Position numbers and translations under genes: made by a program. The notes beneath the pieces are model-generated. The model saw only the letters and a list, made by a program, of their open reading frames with translations, was not told the DNA's origin and did no database searches. Source: Mobula birostris (lineage: Eukaryota). From it: a stretch of DNA of 64,000 nucleotides. This document shows positions 1 to 12,510 of this stretch, in pieces. Numbering within the stretch: the first letter of the stretch is position 1; every line of letters starts with the position of its first letter. The stretch spans positions 127,705,492 through 127,769,491 of the forward strand of contig NC_092372.1 in the NCBI RefSeq assembly GCF_030028105.1. The letters are read 5' to 3'.

Positions 1-389
1 AAGCATCTGCATCCTTCTGGAGTTGATGCATAGGAGCTTGTGTTGTCTGCTTATTGCTGTGGTTATATTGTCCTGTAGGCACTGATTACCACAACACTTC
101 CAGACTGGTGAGTGGTGCCACTTGTTGATGCCTTACCCTGGTACCATTTTGAGTTGCTTGGTGCTTTGACCTGGCACCTTTATGAAGTGCTGACACTTTA
201 CCTGGTGCCTATGCAGGCTGGCTGACTCCTTGCCCCGCTTAAATGGAGGGTGCTTATGGCTGACTGCAGCTGGACGTGAACAGGGGACAGTGCAGGCCCC
301 CCCTAGTTTCTGTACCAGAGAGGAAGTGAGCTGCTCTATATGTGCACAGGGGGAAAACAATGAAAAGAAACAGCTAAGAAGCTGAAAGA

Positions 390-1262
390 GAACCTGTCTG
401 AGATGCCAGTGCTGGGTTATGGACTGTAGTTTTTGATGGACTCTAGATCAAGGTCTCTTTGGGGGGGCTTTTGCTATTGCTTACGAAACCACCTGTTTTC
501 CTTGGCTGCGTAAGTCTAGTGAATACACAGTCCAGGCCCATTAAACCCATGAGATTGAAACGGTTCTCCCGCCCCTAAACCCCTTTTTATGTGAATGCTG
601 GGTAACCTGGTACCCTGTTACAACTCAGTGCTCAGAAATAACAGACAACACACTGCATAAGATTAAAGGAATTATAAATATGAATCTTAACTAAAGGGTT
701 AGTAAAGAAAAGAAAGGAAAAAAAACAAAAAGGACTCATTATAATTAAGCAGTCAATGTACACGTTGGAGCTCAACTCTTCCAAAAGTCATATTTACAAA
801 TCTCCAGTAGACCCTCACACCATTGAATCACGGCCCCCACCGGGTCCAATCCTATGACCGGTTCTCTCCAGTGTCTTCTTTCTTCATCTACTGCCAAACG
901 AAAGGACACAGCTCACACCGGTATCGGGCACATAACAGAAAAACACACTCCCCTCATTGGACACCTCACATTCCAAAGCACCCATTATCTCTAACCATAA
1001 CCCAAACATTGCTTCTACAGACAGACAATTACGTTAGCAGTGGGGTGGGGGTCAGTGTTTCTGCTGGCACAGGTGGTGGGAGGGAAAGGGGGAGGGTCGA
1101 TGCTTGTGCAATAAGAGGGGGAGGGGACCTTCACGGTTCTGATGTTGCTATCTTTCATTCTATGGGGTTTCTTGTTTCGTGCATGTCTGTGAAGAGAAGA
1201 ATTTCAGGTTGTATGCTTTATATGTTCTCTGATATTAAATTGAACTACTTGAACCATTTGAA
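390..1262 (+). mobile_element. Non-coding interspersed repeat (3' part, TTGAAC-type tail), same family as 22394-23073 and 23121-24484; interrupted by an LTR
   Basis: 1130-1262 aligns by eye with 24350-24484 (ggttct...tcattct...aagaatttcagg-tgtat...attaaa...ttgaac). Boundaries approximate. Confidence 0.55.
481..1041 (-). mobile_element. Truncated solo LTR related to 23224-23803
   Basis: The reverse complement of 980-1041 (cactgctaacgtaattgtctgtctgtagaagcaatgtttgggttatggttagagataatggg) matches 23277-23338. Further patches of similarity occur along its length. Confidence 0.65.
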
Positions 1263-1548
1263 AGAAAGCAAGGTCTTGGACAGAGTGCCACAAGAAGTCA
1301 ATTGACCTCACTCATGTGATCAAAGTCAATGAGTGCTCCTAGGAATGATATATCCCACCTACTGGTGGCACTCCCACCAGTCACTGTCTACTGCTCCACA
1401 TCCCAACACTCCCTACCAATATCTTCTTAGTCTGGATGGGTCATTCACTCCCCACTGCTCCAAGGCTTCCAGCCACATTTCAGAGCTTTCACATGGAACT
1501 GGCAATTAAACTGTGTCAAACTCCTCTCTCAAACCATGATGATCACTT

Positions 1549-1552
<4 letters not shown>

Positions 1553-1579
<27 letters not shown>
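1553..1579. repeat. (CT)n microsatellite
   Basis: Direct dinucleotide run. Confidence 0.9.
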
Positions 1580-1580
<1 letters not shown>

Positions 1581-1635
1581 TCCTTTTTGCAGCACACAAC
1601 AGCGTCAGTAGCCACCTACTGTAACTCATTGTATA

Positions 1636-2146
1636 GGCACCTCCGCTCCATCTGGCAAAAGCCGAACTTCCTGGTGGCCACACATTTTATTTCCATTCCA
1701 GTTCCAACATGTCAGCCCATGGCCTCCTCTTGTGCCGAGGTGAGGCCACCCTCAGGGTGGAGGAGTAACATTGTATATTCTGTCTGGGTAACCTCTAACC
1801 TGATGGCATGAATATGGATTTCCTCTTCCAGTAAAAGAAAATGTCCATTCCACCCCCCCCCACCTCTTTTATTCCCCACTCTGGCCTCGTACTTCTTCTC
1901 ACCAGCCTATCACACTTCCCTCTGGGTCTCCTCCTACTTCCAGCCCTTATCTTTCCTACCCACCTGACTTCACCTATTAACTTCTAGCGATCTTTCTTCC
2001 TCTTCCCCCACTTTTTTATTCTGGCAACTTCCCCCTTCCTTTCCAGTACTGTTGAAGGGCCTCAACCCAAATCATCAACTATCTATTCATTTCCATAGAT
2101 GCTGCCTGACCTGCTGAGTTCTTCCAGCAATTTGTGTGTGTTGCTT
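1636..2146 (+). mobile_element. Penelope-like (Neptune) 3' fragment: GIY-YIG C-terminus, pyrimidine-rich UTR, decayed hammerhead tail
   Basis: HLRSIWQKPNFLVATHF resembles HLRSVRQRKQDLPVATHF at 39374; shares the tail tagatgctgcctgacctgctgagtt...tgtgtgtgttgct. Confidence 0.85.
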
Positions 2147-2249
2147 CATGAATTTAAACCCTTGGAAAGAGACAATATTTGCCATTGAATTTTATGCCCA
2201 TGACTTGTGTGGGGCTGATACCTTTGTATCTAAGGGCATTTAGAAAGGC

Positions 2250-2400
2250 ATGTTGGAACAGCAGTTGGTGATGTTCCCTCACAGTTCCAGTGACTCAGAT
2301 TCAATTCTGACCTTGGGTGCTGTCTGTGTGAGGTTTGTATATCAGTGTTTGGGCTTCCTTTGGATCTTCCAGTTTCCTCCTCTGTCCCAATGACACACCA
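2250..2400 (+). mobile_element. Decayed tRNA-derived V-SINE (HE1/MER6-like)
   Basis: B-box-like gattcaattc, then gctgtctgtgtgaggtttgta...gggcttcct...ccagtttcctcc...tcccaatgac, typical of the V-domain. Confidence 0.65.
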
Positions 2401-2451
2401 CAGGTCCACAGGTCAAAGGCAAAAAGAAAACAAAGGGAGCTGGTGGGCCTG

Positions 2452-2960
2452 CAGTACTGTACAAAACACTTAGGCACATATATATAGCTTATAACTTTTA
2501 CACAGAACTGTATTTATGAACATGGAGCAGAGAGCGAGTCCATAAACCTGGTGGGAGCAGAGGAAGCTGGGAATAGCGATGGTGGAGTGCCATGGGAGTG
2601 GCGTGAGGCATGTAGATGAAAAGGAGTGCCGGGGTGGCAGGGAGGAGCGAGTGCAGACACACCCAGCCATGAGACATCAGGCAAGGCCATTTGATTCCAA
2701 ACAATTGGTTTATTGATCATTAGAGAATGCTTCTCCAGAGCTTCCCACTCCCTCCTGTCTCCCTTCACCACGATTCCCTTCTCCCTGCCCCCTTCCTACT
2801 TTCGGTCAGCAACAGAGACCCATATCAGGATCAGGCTTATCATTACTCACATATGTCATGAAATCTGTTTTTTTTTGTGGCGGCAGTATGCAATACACAA
2901 AATTACTACAGTATTGTGCAAAAGTCTTAGGCACCCTAGCTATATGTATGAGTGCAGTTC
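2452..2960 (+). mobile_element. Composite non-autonomous element bracketed by Tc1/mariner-like mini-MITEs (copy 1)
   Basis: Both ends carry cagtactgtgcaaaagtcttagg-type TIR units. The core is shared with 4975-5490, 19147-19580 (minus) and 35024-35525. Confidence 0.75.
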
Positions 2961-3319
2961 TGTGTGTGGGAGAGAATAAAGTGAATGGGTGGAACTGATG
3001 AGGTTACTCTCCTCTAAGAGCTGGAATGGGCCCAAATGGACCAAGTAGCCTCCTTGGTGTTTTCAGTGTATAACATAAGGTGGAGTATCAATTCCTGACC
3101 CTCACCCCTTGCCCCTCACTCCTGGCAGCACTCATGGTTTACTTTTCCTCCATCGCTCATCACAAGCCTATCACTGGCTCTCTATGCTTCCAAATGGACA
3201 AGGCCGTGGTTCAAGAGCAAAAGAATAAAAACCAAGCCATTGTCCACATGTAAGTTTTGATGCTGAGGACTCTGGTGCAGATTTCCCCATCTGGCCATGA
3301 TGAGTTAGCATCCATTTCC

Positions 3320-3872
3320 TGATTATTAATCTGTCAGATATAAAGACCTGGATAGAGATATGGAGAGGATGTTTGATCATTATCTGTCAGATATAATAAA
3401 TAAAGGCATTCGTTAGTCTTGCAAGACCATGGATCTGCGCCTGGAAAGTCCTCACTCTCCAGGGTGCAGGTCTAGGCAAAGTTGTATGGAAGACTGGCAG
3501 TTGCCCATGCTGCAAGTCACCCCTCTCCATGACACCGATGTTGTCCAAGGGAAGAGCAAGGGCCCATAGAGCTTGGCACCAGTGTCGTTGCAGAGCACTG
3601 TGTGGTTAAGTTCCTTGCTCAAGGACACAACACGCAGCCTCGACTGGGTCTCGAACTCACGACATTCAGATCGCTAGTCAAATGCCTTAACCACTTGGCC
3701 ACGTGCCCTTTATATCTGTCAGATATAAAGGCCTGGATAGAGATATGGAGAGGATGTTTGATCATTAATTTGTCAGATATAAAGGTCTGGATAGAGATAT
3801 GGAGAGGATGTTTGATCATTAATCTGTCATACATATAAAGGCTTGGATAGAGCGGATATGGAGAGGATGTTT
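3320..3872 (+). repeat. 54-bp tandem repeat (~4 units) at the 5' junction of a CR1 fragment, interrupted by a SINE
   Basis: Unit tgatcattaatctgtcagatataaaggcctggatagagatatggagaggatgtt; period 54 (3759 vs 3813). Confidence 0.85.
3397..3708 (-). mobile_element. tRNA-headed CORE-type SINE
   Basis: Minus strand reads gggcacgtggccaagtggttaagg (A box), gagttcgagac (B box), tgtgtccttgagcaaggaacttaac (CORE-like) and a (TTTA)n tail. Flanked by tatctgtcagatataa (3381-3396 / 3713-3728). Confidence 0.85.
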
Positions 3873-4198
3873 ACAGTCTTGAGGGGTCTAGGACCAGAGA
3901 ACACCATCTCAGAATTAAAGGGCATCCCTTTATAACAAATTTGAGGAGGGATTTCTTTAGGTAGATGGTGGCGAATCTGTGGAATTCTTTCCCAGAGATG
4001 GTTGTAGAGGCCAAGTCATTGGGTATATAGATATAAAGTGGAGGTTGATGGGTTCTCAAAACGTGTGTCAAAGGTTGTGGGAAAAGGCAGGAGAACAGGG
4101 TTGAGAGGGAATGATAAATCACCATTGATCAAATGGCAGACAAAACACAATGGGCCGAATGGCCTGATTCCACTCCTGTGTTTGATAGTCTTATGATC
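3835..4198 (+). mobile_element. CR1 LINE 3' end
   Basis: Typical CR1 end: ggtggcgaatctgtggaattc...gaggccaagtcattggg...gggccgaatggcct...tcttatg. Confidence 0.85.
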
Positions 4199-4974
4199 GA
4201 TAATATAAGCAAATATAATATGTTTATAATATAAGCAAAACGCACTGGAAACGTACATCAGATCAGGCAGGTTCTGTGGAGGAATGCAGGTACTGGGAAT
4301 ATTTCTGATTGGATGTTATCCTGAACAGTTACCATTCACTGTACAGAGACTGCCTGCCCTGCACCACAGCAGTTTCTGTTTGTATTTCAGCCTCTGTCGT
4401 CTGCAGCAACTGGTGTCTGGATTCCTGGTCCAGTAACATCACCACAAAGTTACCCGCCCCACAAGCATGCTCCTATAAAGCACTGCAAGGGACTACATTG
4501 TGATTGCTTTCTTGCTGAATCTTGTTGTAGACTTCATTACAAAAGAAACAAGTTGTCACAAATAATTGGAAAATCCTGATGTCAACAAAGGCTCTGTTAG
4601 TCTTCCCTTGTTCTTTTTAAGAGGATCAGATGATTTTGTTAATGTGAGAACTGAGATGTACAAAGTTTATCTCCTGTGTAAAACAGATTGAACTTAATGA
4701 CTCAGTGCATCTTCTGCTGTTTGCCCTGTATTTATCAGACTTAAAGACCAAGATAGAAGAAATGACCATGTATATCTTCTTTATTGTCAATATTGTCCCT
4801 GTGTTCTTAAAATGGCAATATGCATAAAACTCCAAATTTCCAAATCTGGGTTTGTTAATGATCCATATTAAACTGAAATAATTCTTTCTAATCAGAATCT
4901 AAATTGTTTTGTGCAAGATAAACTACACTAAAGCCTTTGGAGGGAAATAAAAAAGATTATTGATGTAGAACTGT

Positions 4975-5490
4975 CGTAATCAGTTGTGGATGGGCTGATC
5001 GTAGAATATGGTACAAAAGCGGAGAGCCAGCTTGTAAATCTGGCAGGAGCAAGGAAGGTTGAGAATGGTGAGAGTGGAGCAACGAGGGAGGGGTGTGGGA
5101 CAGGTAGCAGAGAAAGATTACCAGGAGAGGGAGCGGGTGGGTGCAGAAACAAAGGTGCAGGCACACCCAGTCCTGAGTCACCAGGTAAGGTCATTTGATT
5201 CTGAACAATGGGCTTATTGATCATTACAGAATGTCTCTCTGGTGCTTCCCGCTCCCTCCCCTCTCCCTTCCCCTTACTTCAACTATGATTCTCCTCTCCC
5301 TGCCCCCTTCCCACTCTCAGTCCACAACAGAGTCCATATCAGTCCATATCAGAATCAGGTTTATTATCACTCATATATATTATGAATTTTTTTTTGCAGT
5401 AGCAATAGAATGCAATACATAAAATTACTACAGTACTGTGCAAAAGTCTTAGGGACCCTAGCTATATATATATGTGCCTAAGACATTTGC
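4975..5490 (+). mobile_element. Mini-MITE-bracketed composite element (copy 2, left MITE mostly lost)
   Basis: Same core as 2452-2960; right unit cagtactgtgcaaaagtcttagg...tgcctaagac. Confidence 0.75.
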
Positions 5491-6362
5491 TTTTAATATT
5501 TGAAATACAGTATTATTATGTTTATAGATTGTTTTCCACACTGAATCCTAATAATCTCCCACTGTTACATAATCAAATGTAAATTTACTCTGCAGATAAA
5601 TTTATGCTTTTGAATAATTTTCCGATCTTCTCAGGTGAATTTATTCGAGTGATGGTGAAATAAAACATGAGGCACACATTTGATTGAGAAATGATCACCT
5701 CACTTCACAGGTGGTGGCAAAGTAATTTCCTGAACAAATCTCCCATTTATGTAGTCATTTGTAAACAAACCTTTCACAGTTTAGGCCCCACGGGTGTTTG
5801 GTTAATTAAGCATCTGGGGAAGAACTGAGATTATATTGAATATGCATGATTTATGTGATTTCAGAACTGTGATATATTTGTGGACAAAGATACCTCAGAG
5901 TGGTGCTATCCTGAAGTGTTACCTTGGCTCAGTTCTATAAAATTTAAATGTGGTAGAAAATCAAATGTTTAAACGAATCAAGGTTTTAGACTTGCAGTCT
6001 AAACTTGCTCATTAGTGTAGATGTGTGTGCTTCATTGTTGGAAGTGTTATATTTGAGTGTGATGTCAAGCCAAAATCTCACTAGCTCTCTGTGGTAGGCT
6101 AGTAAGATCTCTTCAACCAGTTTCATGAAGATCAGAGGAAGAAGAAAATAGACAGTGTTGAAAAGTATGTGTTGGATTTGTGTTGTATAATTAACCTTTG
6201 CTTGCTTGGCCGAGTACAAATCATGTATGAAACTCTATTAGTCTATTCCCACCTTCTCTTCTTCCCTGAGGGGCTGACTACATCTTCCTTCTTCTCCAGT
6301 TCTGTGGGCGTTGAGGTCACCGCAGTCTGCTTCACAGGTCGTGTTAGACAGGCTTGACAGGG

Positions 6363-6677
6363 CAACACACACAAAGTGCTGGAGGAACTCAGCAGGCCAG
6401 GATGCATCTATGGAAAAGACTACAGTCAATGTTTCTGGCCGAGACCCTGGAGATTTTCTCTTGTTTGAGACTTGTCAGGCTGGCTAGTTTCGGAGAGGTA
6501 CGCTCCTTCCATACGTGTCCGGCCAAATGGGCTCGAGACACAGGAAATTTGGCAAATGCTGGAAACCTTGAGCATCACACATACATACATTTCCTAAGGA
6601 ACTCTGCAGGCCAGGCAGAATCTATGGAGAGAAATAAACAACTGATGTTTTAGGCCGAGACCCTTCATTAGGATTAG
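6363..6677 (-). mobile_element. Two short Penelope pLTR/hammerhead-tail fragments
   Basis: 6363-6450 and 6536-6677 are reverse complements of the PLE tail; the hammerhead cores are truncated or mutated. Confidence 0.75.
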
Positions 6678-6982
6678 CGATTGTCAGCACCATTCTGAAT
6701 GTTGCACCTCTATTTTGAAGAATAGAGAGACAGGGTAAATCTGCCTACAACATCAAAAGGAAATTAGGCAGTTTGGAATATGGTCAGGACTACCCTGTTC
6801 ACAATTCTACTTATTCTTATTTGTCCTTGCTATCATAAGCCATCAATGGGCCAATCATTGGATTGACCAGGGATGAATGGAGATGTGAAAGATCTCAAAG
6901 TCAGTCGAGTTTATCAACATATGCACAGGTACTGTTCATGTATGTACAGGTGCAATGAAGAGCATGCAGAAGCAGCACAATA

Positions 6983-7142
6983 GAGACCCATATCACAATC
7001 AGGTTTATCATCACTCACATATGTCATGATTTTTGTTTTTGTGGCAGTAGTACAGTGCAATACATAAGATTACAACAGTACTGTACAAACATCTTAGGGA
7101 CACTAGATAATTATAAAGTGCCTGAGACTTCTGAGGACTGTA
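6983..7142 (+). mobile_element. Right half of the mini-MITE composite element
   Basis: agagacccatatcacaatcaggtttatcatcactcacatatgtcatg followed by cagtactgtacaaacatcttagg...gtgcctgagact...gactgta. Confidence 0.7.
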
Positions 7143-7166
7143 GTTCATGATGTCGACAGTAGAATA

Positions 7167-7548
7167 ATCAAGTCAAGTCAAGTCACTTTTTTTGTCATTT
7201 CGACCATAACTGCTGGTACAGTACACAGTAAAAACGAGGCAACGTTTTTCAGGACCATGGTGCTACATGAAACAGTACAAAAACTACACTGAACTACGTA
7301 AAATAACACAAAAACTACACTAGACTACAGACCTACCCAGGACTGCATAAAGTGCACAAAACAGTGCAGGCATTACAATAAATAATAAACAAGACAATAG
7401 GCACAGTGGAGGGCAGTAGGTTGGTGTCAATCCAGGCTCTGGGTATTGAGGAGTCTGATGACTTGGGGGAAGAAACTGTTACATAATAGTCTGGTCGTGA
7501 GAGCCCGAATGCTTCAGTGCCTTTTGCCAGATGGCAGGAGGGAGAAGA
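7167..7548 (-). mobile_element. LINE 3' end (Rex1/Babar-like) with (ACTTG)n tail
   Basis: tcaagtcaagtcaagtca tail; the minus strand encodes LLPSGKRH-SIRALTTRL, the Rex/Babar C-terminal motif. Confidence 0.7.
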
Positions 7549-7549
7549 G

Positions 7550-7952
7550 AAAGGAAAGGACTTGTCTTTCTGTGGAGACTGATGTGATGTCAGAATGTCC
7601 CAAATCCTTTTACAGACAATAAAGGATTACTGAAATGCTGTAAACTGGAAATATGGAACTTATTTTGCACACTACAAGTTCCCACAAGCATCTATGTGTT
7701 AATAACTGGCTAATCTGTTTTATTAACCCAGCTGGACAAATTAGAGTTGCCAGTTGCAAAGAACAGAGCTCTTTTATTCTTCATCAAACATTCCTCTGAG
7801 GTGGTAGATTCAGCTTCAGTTTAATAGGAGACAGAAGGAATTTCTCTCAGTAACCACTGAAACCTCAGGTCGAGTTGTGTACATACAACTGGAGTGAGCT
7901 TGAACCCACAGCCCTTCTGATTTAGGTGGAGGGTGTGGCCCACTGAACCACC
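7550..7952 (-). mobile_element. Highly decayed Deu-domain SINE (SacSINE1/AmnSINE1-like)
   Basis: Collinear remnants tgtcccaaatccttttacagacaat, ttttgcacactacaagttcccacaa, taatctgtttt, and tRNA head ctggagtgagcttgaacccacagcccttctgatttagg...cactgaaccac. Match is to my recollection of the consensus, not a search. Confidence 0.6.
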
Positions 7953-8747
7953 ATTATCAGGAGAAATGTTGAACTCCTTTTCCTGAACCTTTCACAAAAG
8001 TCTTGCATTTGGCGTCTTTCAGCCATTTCAGCTCATAAGGAATGACAACACCAAATTATAAAAGTAAAGGATGCCATCACCTCAAGCAAACAAGCCAAGA
8101 GGCTTCCAATGCAGAAAACATTTAGTGTAATTCGTTGTCCTTAGAATATGCTTATTTTGACAGCAGAGGTACAGTACAATGGTTGGTTTGCAACACTATT
8201 CCGGACTTATGTCAAGTAATGCCACAGAACTGTTACTGGTTTAAATTTTAGATCCAAAGATCCCATCAGTTACTGACTGAAACTATTGAGTCATGGATAA
8301 TCACATGTGAGCCTGGTAGGTAAACATAGGAAACCAGTTTACCCATAGACAGTAATGAGACGAAGGCAAACATGAGCCTCACTCAACACTATCTGCACCA
8401 GTAGGCAGCAGACAAAGCTACCAGCACTAAAGTTTAAAGTTACATGCCAGAACATTCCAGAGGAGTTCTGTTAGTTTAATGTGGATTGGAAACAAAGCTA
8501 ATATCATTGTATTTTCCATGTAACAGACTATCTAGTACAGGGTTTCTCAACCGGGGTTCCGTGAGAGATCGTGATTAAAAAAATAAACGTAGTTTTTTGA
8601 ATATCACGTAACGTGCAGTGCTAGCTCTTGCAATGGTGGGCAGTGACCGAGTAGCCCTGTTAGCAATCTCATTAGAGGTCTCTCAGCCCAGTGTGGCCGT
8701 GCACAGTAGGACCATGTTTATTCTCAGTTTTTAGTGTGAGATAGGGA

Positions 8748-8985
8748 AGGCTGCTGCTAATTGGTGAGCGCTGTATTGCACAGAGGGGAGGACGGTAGGC
8801 TGATAATTGGTGAGTGCTGTATTGTTCAGAGGGGAGGACTGTAGCTGATAACTGGTGAGTGCTGTATTGTACTGAGGGGAGGACGGTAGGCTGATGGTGA
8901 GCACTCTATTGCACGCAGGGGAGGACAGTAGGCTGATAATTCGTGAGCGCTGTATTGCACGGAGGGGAGGACAGTAGGCTGATGA
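8748..8985 (+). repeat. ~46-bp subterminal tandem repeat (5-6 units) inside the hAT
   Basis: Unit aggctgataattggtgagcgctgtattgcacagaggggaggacggt. Confidence 0.85.
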
Positions 8986-9304
8986 GGAGAGTGAAGTGCG
9001 TTTTCAAAGCATTGAATGGACTCACCCAAAAATTTAGCTGTGACGCCAGCCTCTCCCTTCTGAACTACCTCCCCCAACTTCCCCTAACGCACTACTGACT
9101 GACTTATCAGAGCGAACAAATTCTATCAGTGTAGTAGGAAATTGGAGGGACATTTTCATTCCAAAGGTGGTCCAGAATGGCAATTTTTGAAGAGGAGATG
9201 TGAGGTGGAAGGGGAGGATTCCTTCTAGGAGGTTAATGATGAAGAGTTACTCATTTTCTGAGTCATTTCACAGAAGTAGTGCAACAATGGGCACAAAAAT
9301 GTTT

Positions 9305-11420
9305 GTCTTTTTTACAAAACTATAAAAGTTTATTTACACAACAAATATACAAAGGACAAACAAATTATTTACAAGATAGTGAATAAATTCAAATTAAAGT
9401 ATGATTACTACTGTCTATAAAACAGTCAATTTTCTGGGGGGCCCACCACTCTCGGAAAACCCCCACTGCAGCCATCACGACCGCATGCTCCCTCTCCGAG
9501 GACAGCCGAGCACGAACGTACCCTCAGAAGAGAGGCAGGCCATGGCAGAGCCCCTTGACTTTCCACTGCCTAGACGCATGAGTGAGCATCTTGGCCAGGC
9601 CAAGGAGCAAGCCATCCAGGAGATACTCTTTGCGATTCTTCCTCTTCCGTACTGGGGGCCCGTATATAAGGAGCATGGGGCTGAAGTGCAGACAGAACCT
9701 GAGCAGCCCCTTCAGATACTGAAACAGGGGCTGCAACCTCTCACACTCCATATAAGCGTGGTACACTGACTCCTCCCGGCCACAGAATGGACAGGTGGAC
9801 TCGGGGTATCAGTGAACCAGTTTAAAAACCTTCTTCATGGTACTGCCCGATGCAACACCTTCCACCCCAGATCCCCAATGTACAGGGGATGGACCCCTGC
9901 ATAAAGAGATTTCCGATGGGGGCCTCTTGCACAGCCAGATGGTAAAACAGACTACCAGCGCGAGTCTGGTCGGCTGACGAAGGCAAGGAAGTGAAAGGAG
10001 TGCAAGTGCAGCCCGTACAAGGAATGCTTTGGAGCATCAGGAAACGACATGTGGACATCTTTGCAAGATGGCTCACGTTGTGCGGGTCCTTCTCCCACGG
10101 CCTGGGTCCGATGAACATTTCCAGCCCACCAGGTAGTGGTGGCCTTTGGTACTCCTCCACTTCCCTGAGCCCCCTCGACACTCACCATGATAGGATGGGG
10201 GCCAGTCCCCCACCGGCACAGGAGCACCCTGTTTGGGTGACCACATACCCTCAACAGCTCTCAGTAAAACGAGGCAGTTCCTCCAGTGCAGCTGATGCTG
10301 TGCTGTCCGCTGGAAGTCCCGTGCCCTCCTGCAGACAGTGACCCGGCTGGAGAAAGAGCATTGACAGCACATGCCATCTCAGAGGGTGGCCGCTGTACAG
10401 CTATCTCTGCAGGGTCCTGAGGCTGAGAGCTGCCAGCTGGGTGCACACACGCCAATGACTGACAGCCCTTGGAGATCTGTGACGAAAAACCAAGTTATCA
10501 GAAGATTGATGCTAATGAGAGAGATAAGTGAGACATGGAGAAACATTCAAAATGTTAATGAGAGAGGAGAGAGAGATAACGGAAAGAGACACCAGTCCGA
10601 GTATTGACAGACTGGTTGCTTTGAACCTGAACTGTTTGAAGTTTGACGGACCGGCGATACCCCAGCAGGGGGATAAAAAGAACAGGTTTGCTAAGGCAAG
10701 AGACAGACACCACGAGATCACGAAATAACGAGACCTTGGAAAAGCGGTGTGCCCCCACAAGTTGGTGGGAGTTTGGAGGTCAGGACGCGGGAACAGACCA
10801 TAGACGCACAGGGTGAAAAGGTACGATCGGCGGGAACCTGGTGTGTGTGTCCACCCTTGCCTGGGTGCCGGGTTCACCGTGGAAGAACAGTTGTATCCGG
10901 AATGGAGGGGTCACAGTCAGTGACCACAGAAGACATAAAAGGATTCGCCCGAAAGCTAACTGCGAAGAACATCATGGTCTGTCTGAATCAGATTTGCATA
11001 TCATCCTCTCCCTCTCTCTCCAACGGCACAACAGCCATTACTGTGAACTGTACTAAGCTGAACAGAACTCTGCGTCACTTGAGACTGATCATTTTACCCC
11101 TAGACTGCGATAGAGCTTGGTTGATTCCTATTACCCTAGTTCTGTGTACATGTGTGTTTTATCATTGCTAATCTGTTGCATTCATATCCTTACGATTAGA
11201 GTACTGTATTACTTATTTCTTTAATAAAACTTTCTTAGTTCCAGTAATCCAGACTCCAACTAAGTGGTCCATTTCTGCTGGTTTGGCAACCCAGTTACAG
11301 GGTACGTAACAGATCGAACGACTCAGGACCGCAGCAGAGACCCAATGCCTCCTGTTGCCCCAGAAGAAATCCTCCAGCCTCTTCTGGGCCTTGGAGGCAA
11401 AAGAAGTGGGCAGGACTAAA
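9305..11420 (-). mobile_element. Tx1/L1-clade LINE 3' fragment (ORF2 C-terminus), split by a solo LTR
   Basis: Minus strand CPFCGREESVYHAYMECERLQPLF...LLLGLAKM (CCHC-type C-terminus); AATAAA and A-rich tail near 9310-9335; resumes at 11312. Confidence 0.8.
10478..11311 (+). mobile_element. Solo LTR (834 bp)
   Basis: TG...CA ends (tgtgacg / cgtaaca); 4-bp TSD GATC; AATAAA near 11223; sister copy at 24807-25662. Confidence 0.92.
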
Positions 11421-11449
11421 GTAATCAGCTGGTAACATACCTTTACAGT

Positions 11450-12510
11450 ATCAATGGGTTTTACGTGGACTGGTGATCCTAGTTGTCCTAGTCTGTAGCA
11501 AACAACTTACAAATGCAGCAATGGCCCCAGCAAAACTGAAGAGACATTTAACTACAAGTCACAGCCGTATGACACATAAAAGTACTGATTATTTTAAACA
11601 ACTATTGGAATCTCAAAACTAACAGATTAAAGCTTTTGAAAATAAAGTCACAGTCAGTAAATGGGTAATGAAGCAAATTATTTAGTAGCTTTAAGACCAG
11701 TTCACTTGAGGATGTTTAAAAAACTGTGTGAAAACCCAGACAAAGAACACACCAATCTCCAGGCTCAGCACAGGAAAAGTTTCCAACAGGGTGCTTGAGC
11801 TGAAAGGTGAATTGCAGGAGTAATTTCAAGAAAATAGTGGGCCAAATTTTGCGCAGTGCTTTGAAGATGAAGAATGGCTGCAGAAACTAGCCTACTTAAC
11901 AAGCACTTTTCATCATATGAACCAGTTGAACAAGTCTCTGCAAAGCCGTGGAAAAAAAAACGTTTTGACTTCAAATGACAAGATTTTTGGATTTAAAAGG
12001 AAAATAATCTTTGGAGAAATCATGCTGCAAAAGGAAATATTGAAATGTTTTTACTGCTTCTTGAGCTTGAGAGTGAGGAAGGACATCAGAAAGTTTCGAG
12101 TTTTATTGAAAACTACCTGGAAGAACATGCAGAATGAAATTGAACAGTACTTTTACTCCTTTCAACACAAGTGTATGTCTGAATGAGGAACCCTTTCTCT
12201 GAATCTTCTGCTCAGCCTGAGAACTTGACTTTGGGAGAAGAGGAAGAACTTAGAACTGCACTCTGATCGTGCACTCAAGATGAGATTTTCTCACCTGCAT
12301 CTGGAGAGGTTCTGGGTTTTTGTGAAAGAAGAGTATCCTGCTATTCATAGGAAAGCAATGAACATTTTTGCTACAGTTTTCAACTTCTTTCATGTGTGAG
12401 CAAGCTTTTTCTTGTTTAACAAGCATGAAAAGCAAGGATAAAGATTGTCTCATTTCAGCTGAAGGTGAAATCCATGTGTGCTTATCTCAGGTTCAACCCA
12501 GAATTGAGAA
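11450..12510 (+). pseudogene. Degenerate hAT transposase fragments
   Basis: MAPAKLKRHLTT (BED finger end), EEWLQKLAYL, MNQLNKSLQ...NDKIFGFKRK and the dimerisation motif FSTSFMCEQAFSCLTSMKSK; many frameshifts. Confidence 0.85.

Noticed and set aside
3636-3708. tRNA gene on the minus strand (also the head at 49349)
   Set aside because: A/B boxes are present but run directly into SINE body and tail with a TSD, and the acceptor stem is not intact.
11450-12510. ZBED8/SCAND3/GTF2IRD2-like host gene
   Set aside because: It is a fragmented, frameshifted transposase lying within TIRs and an 8-bp TSD.
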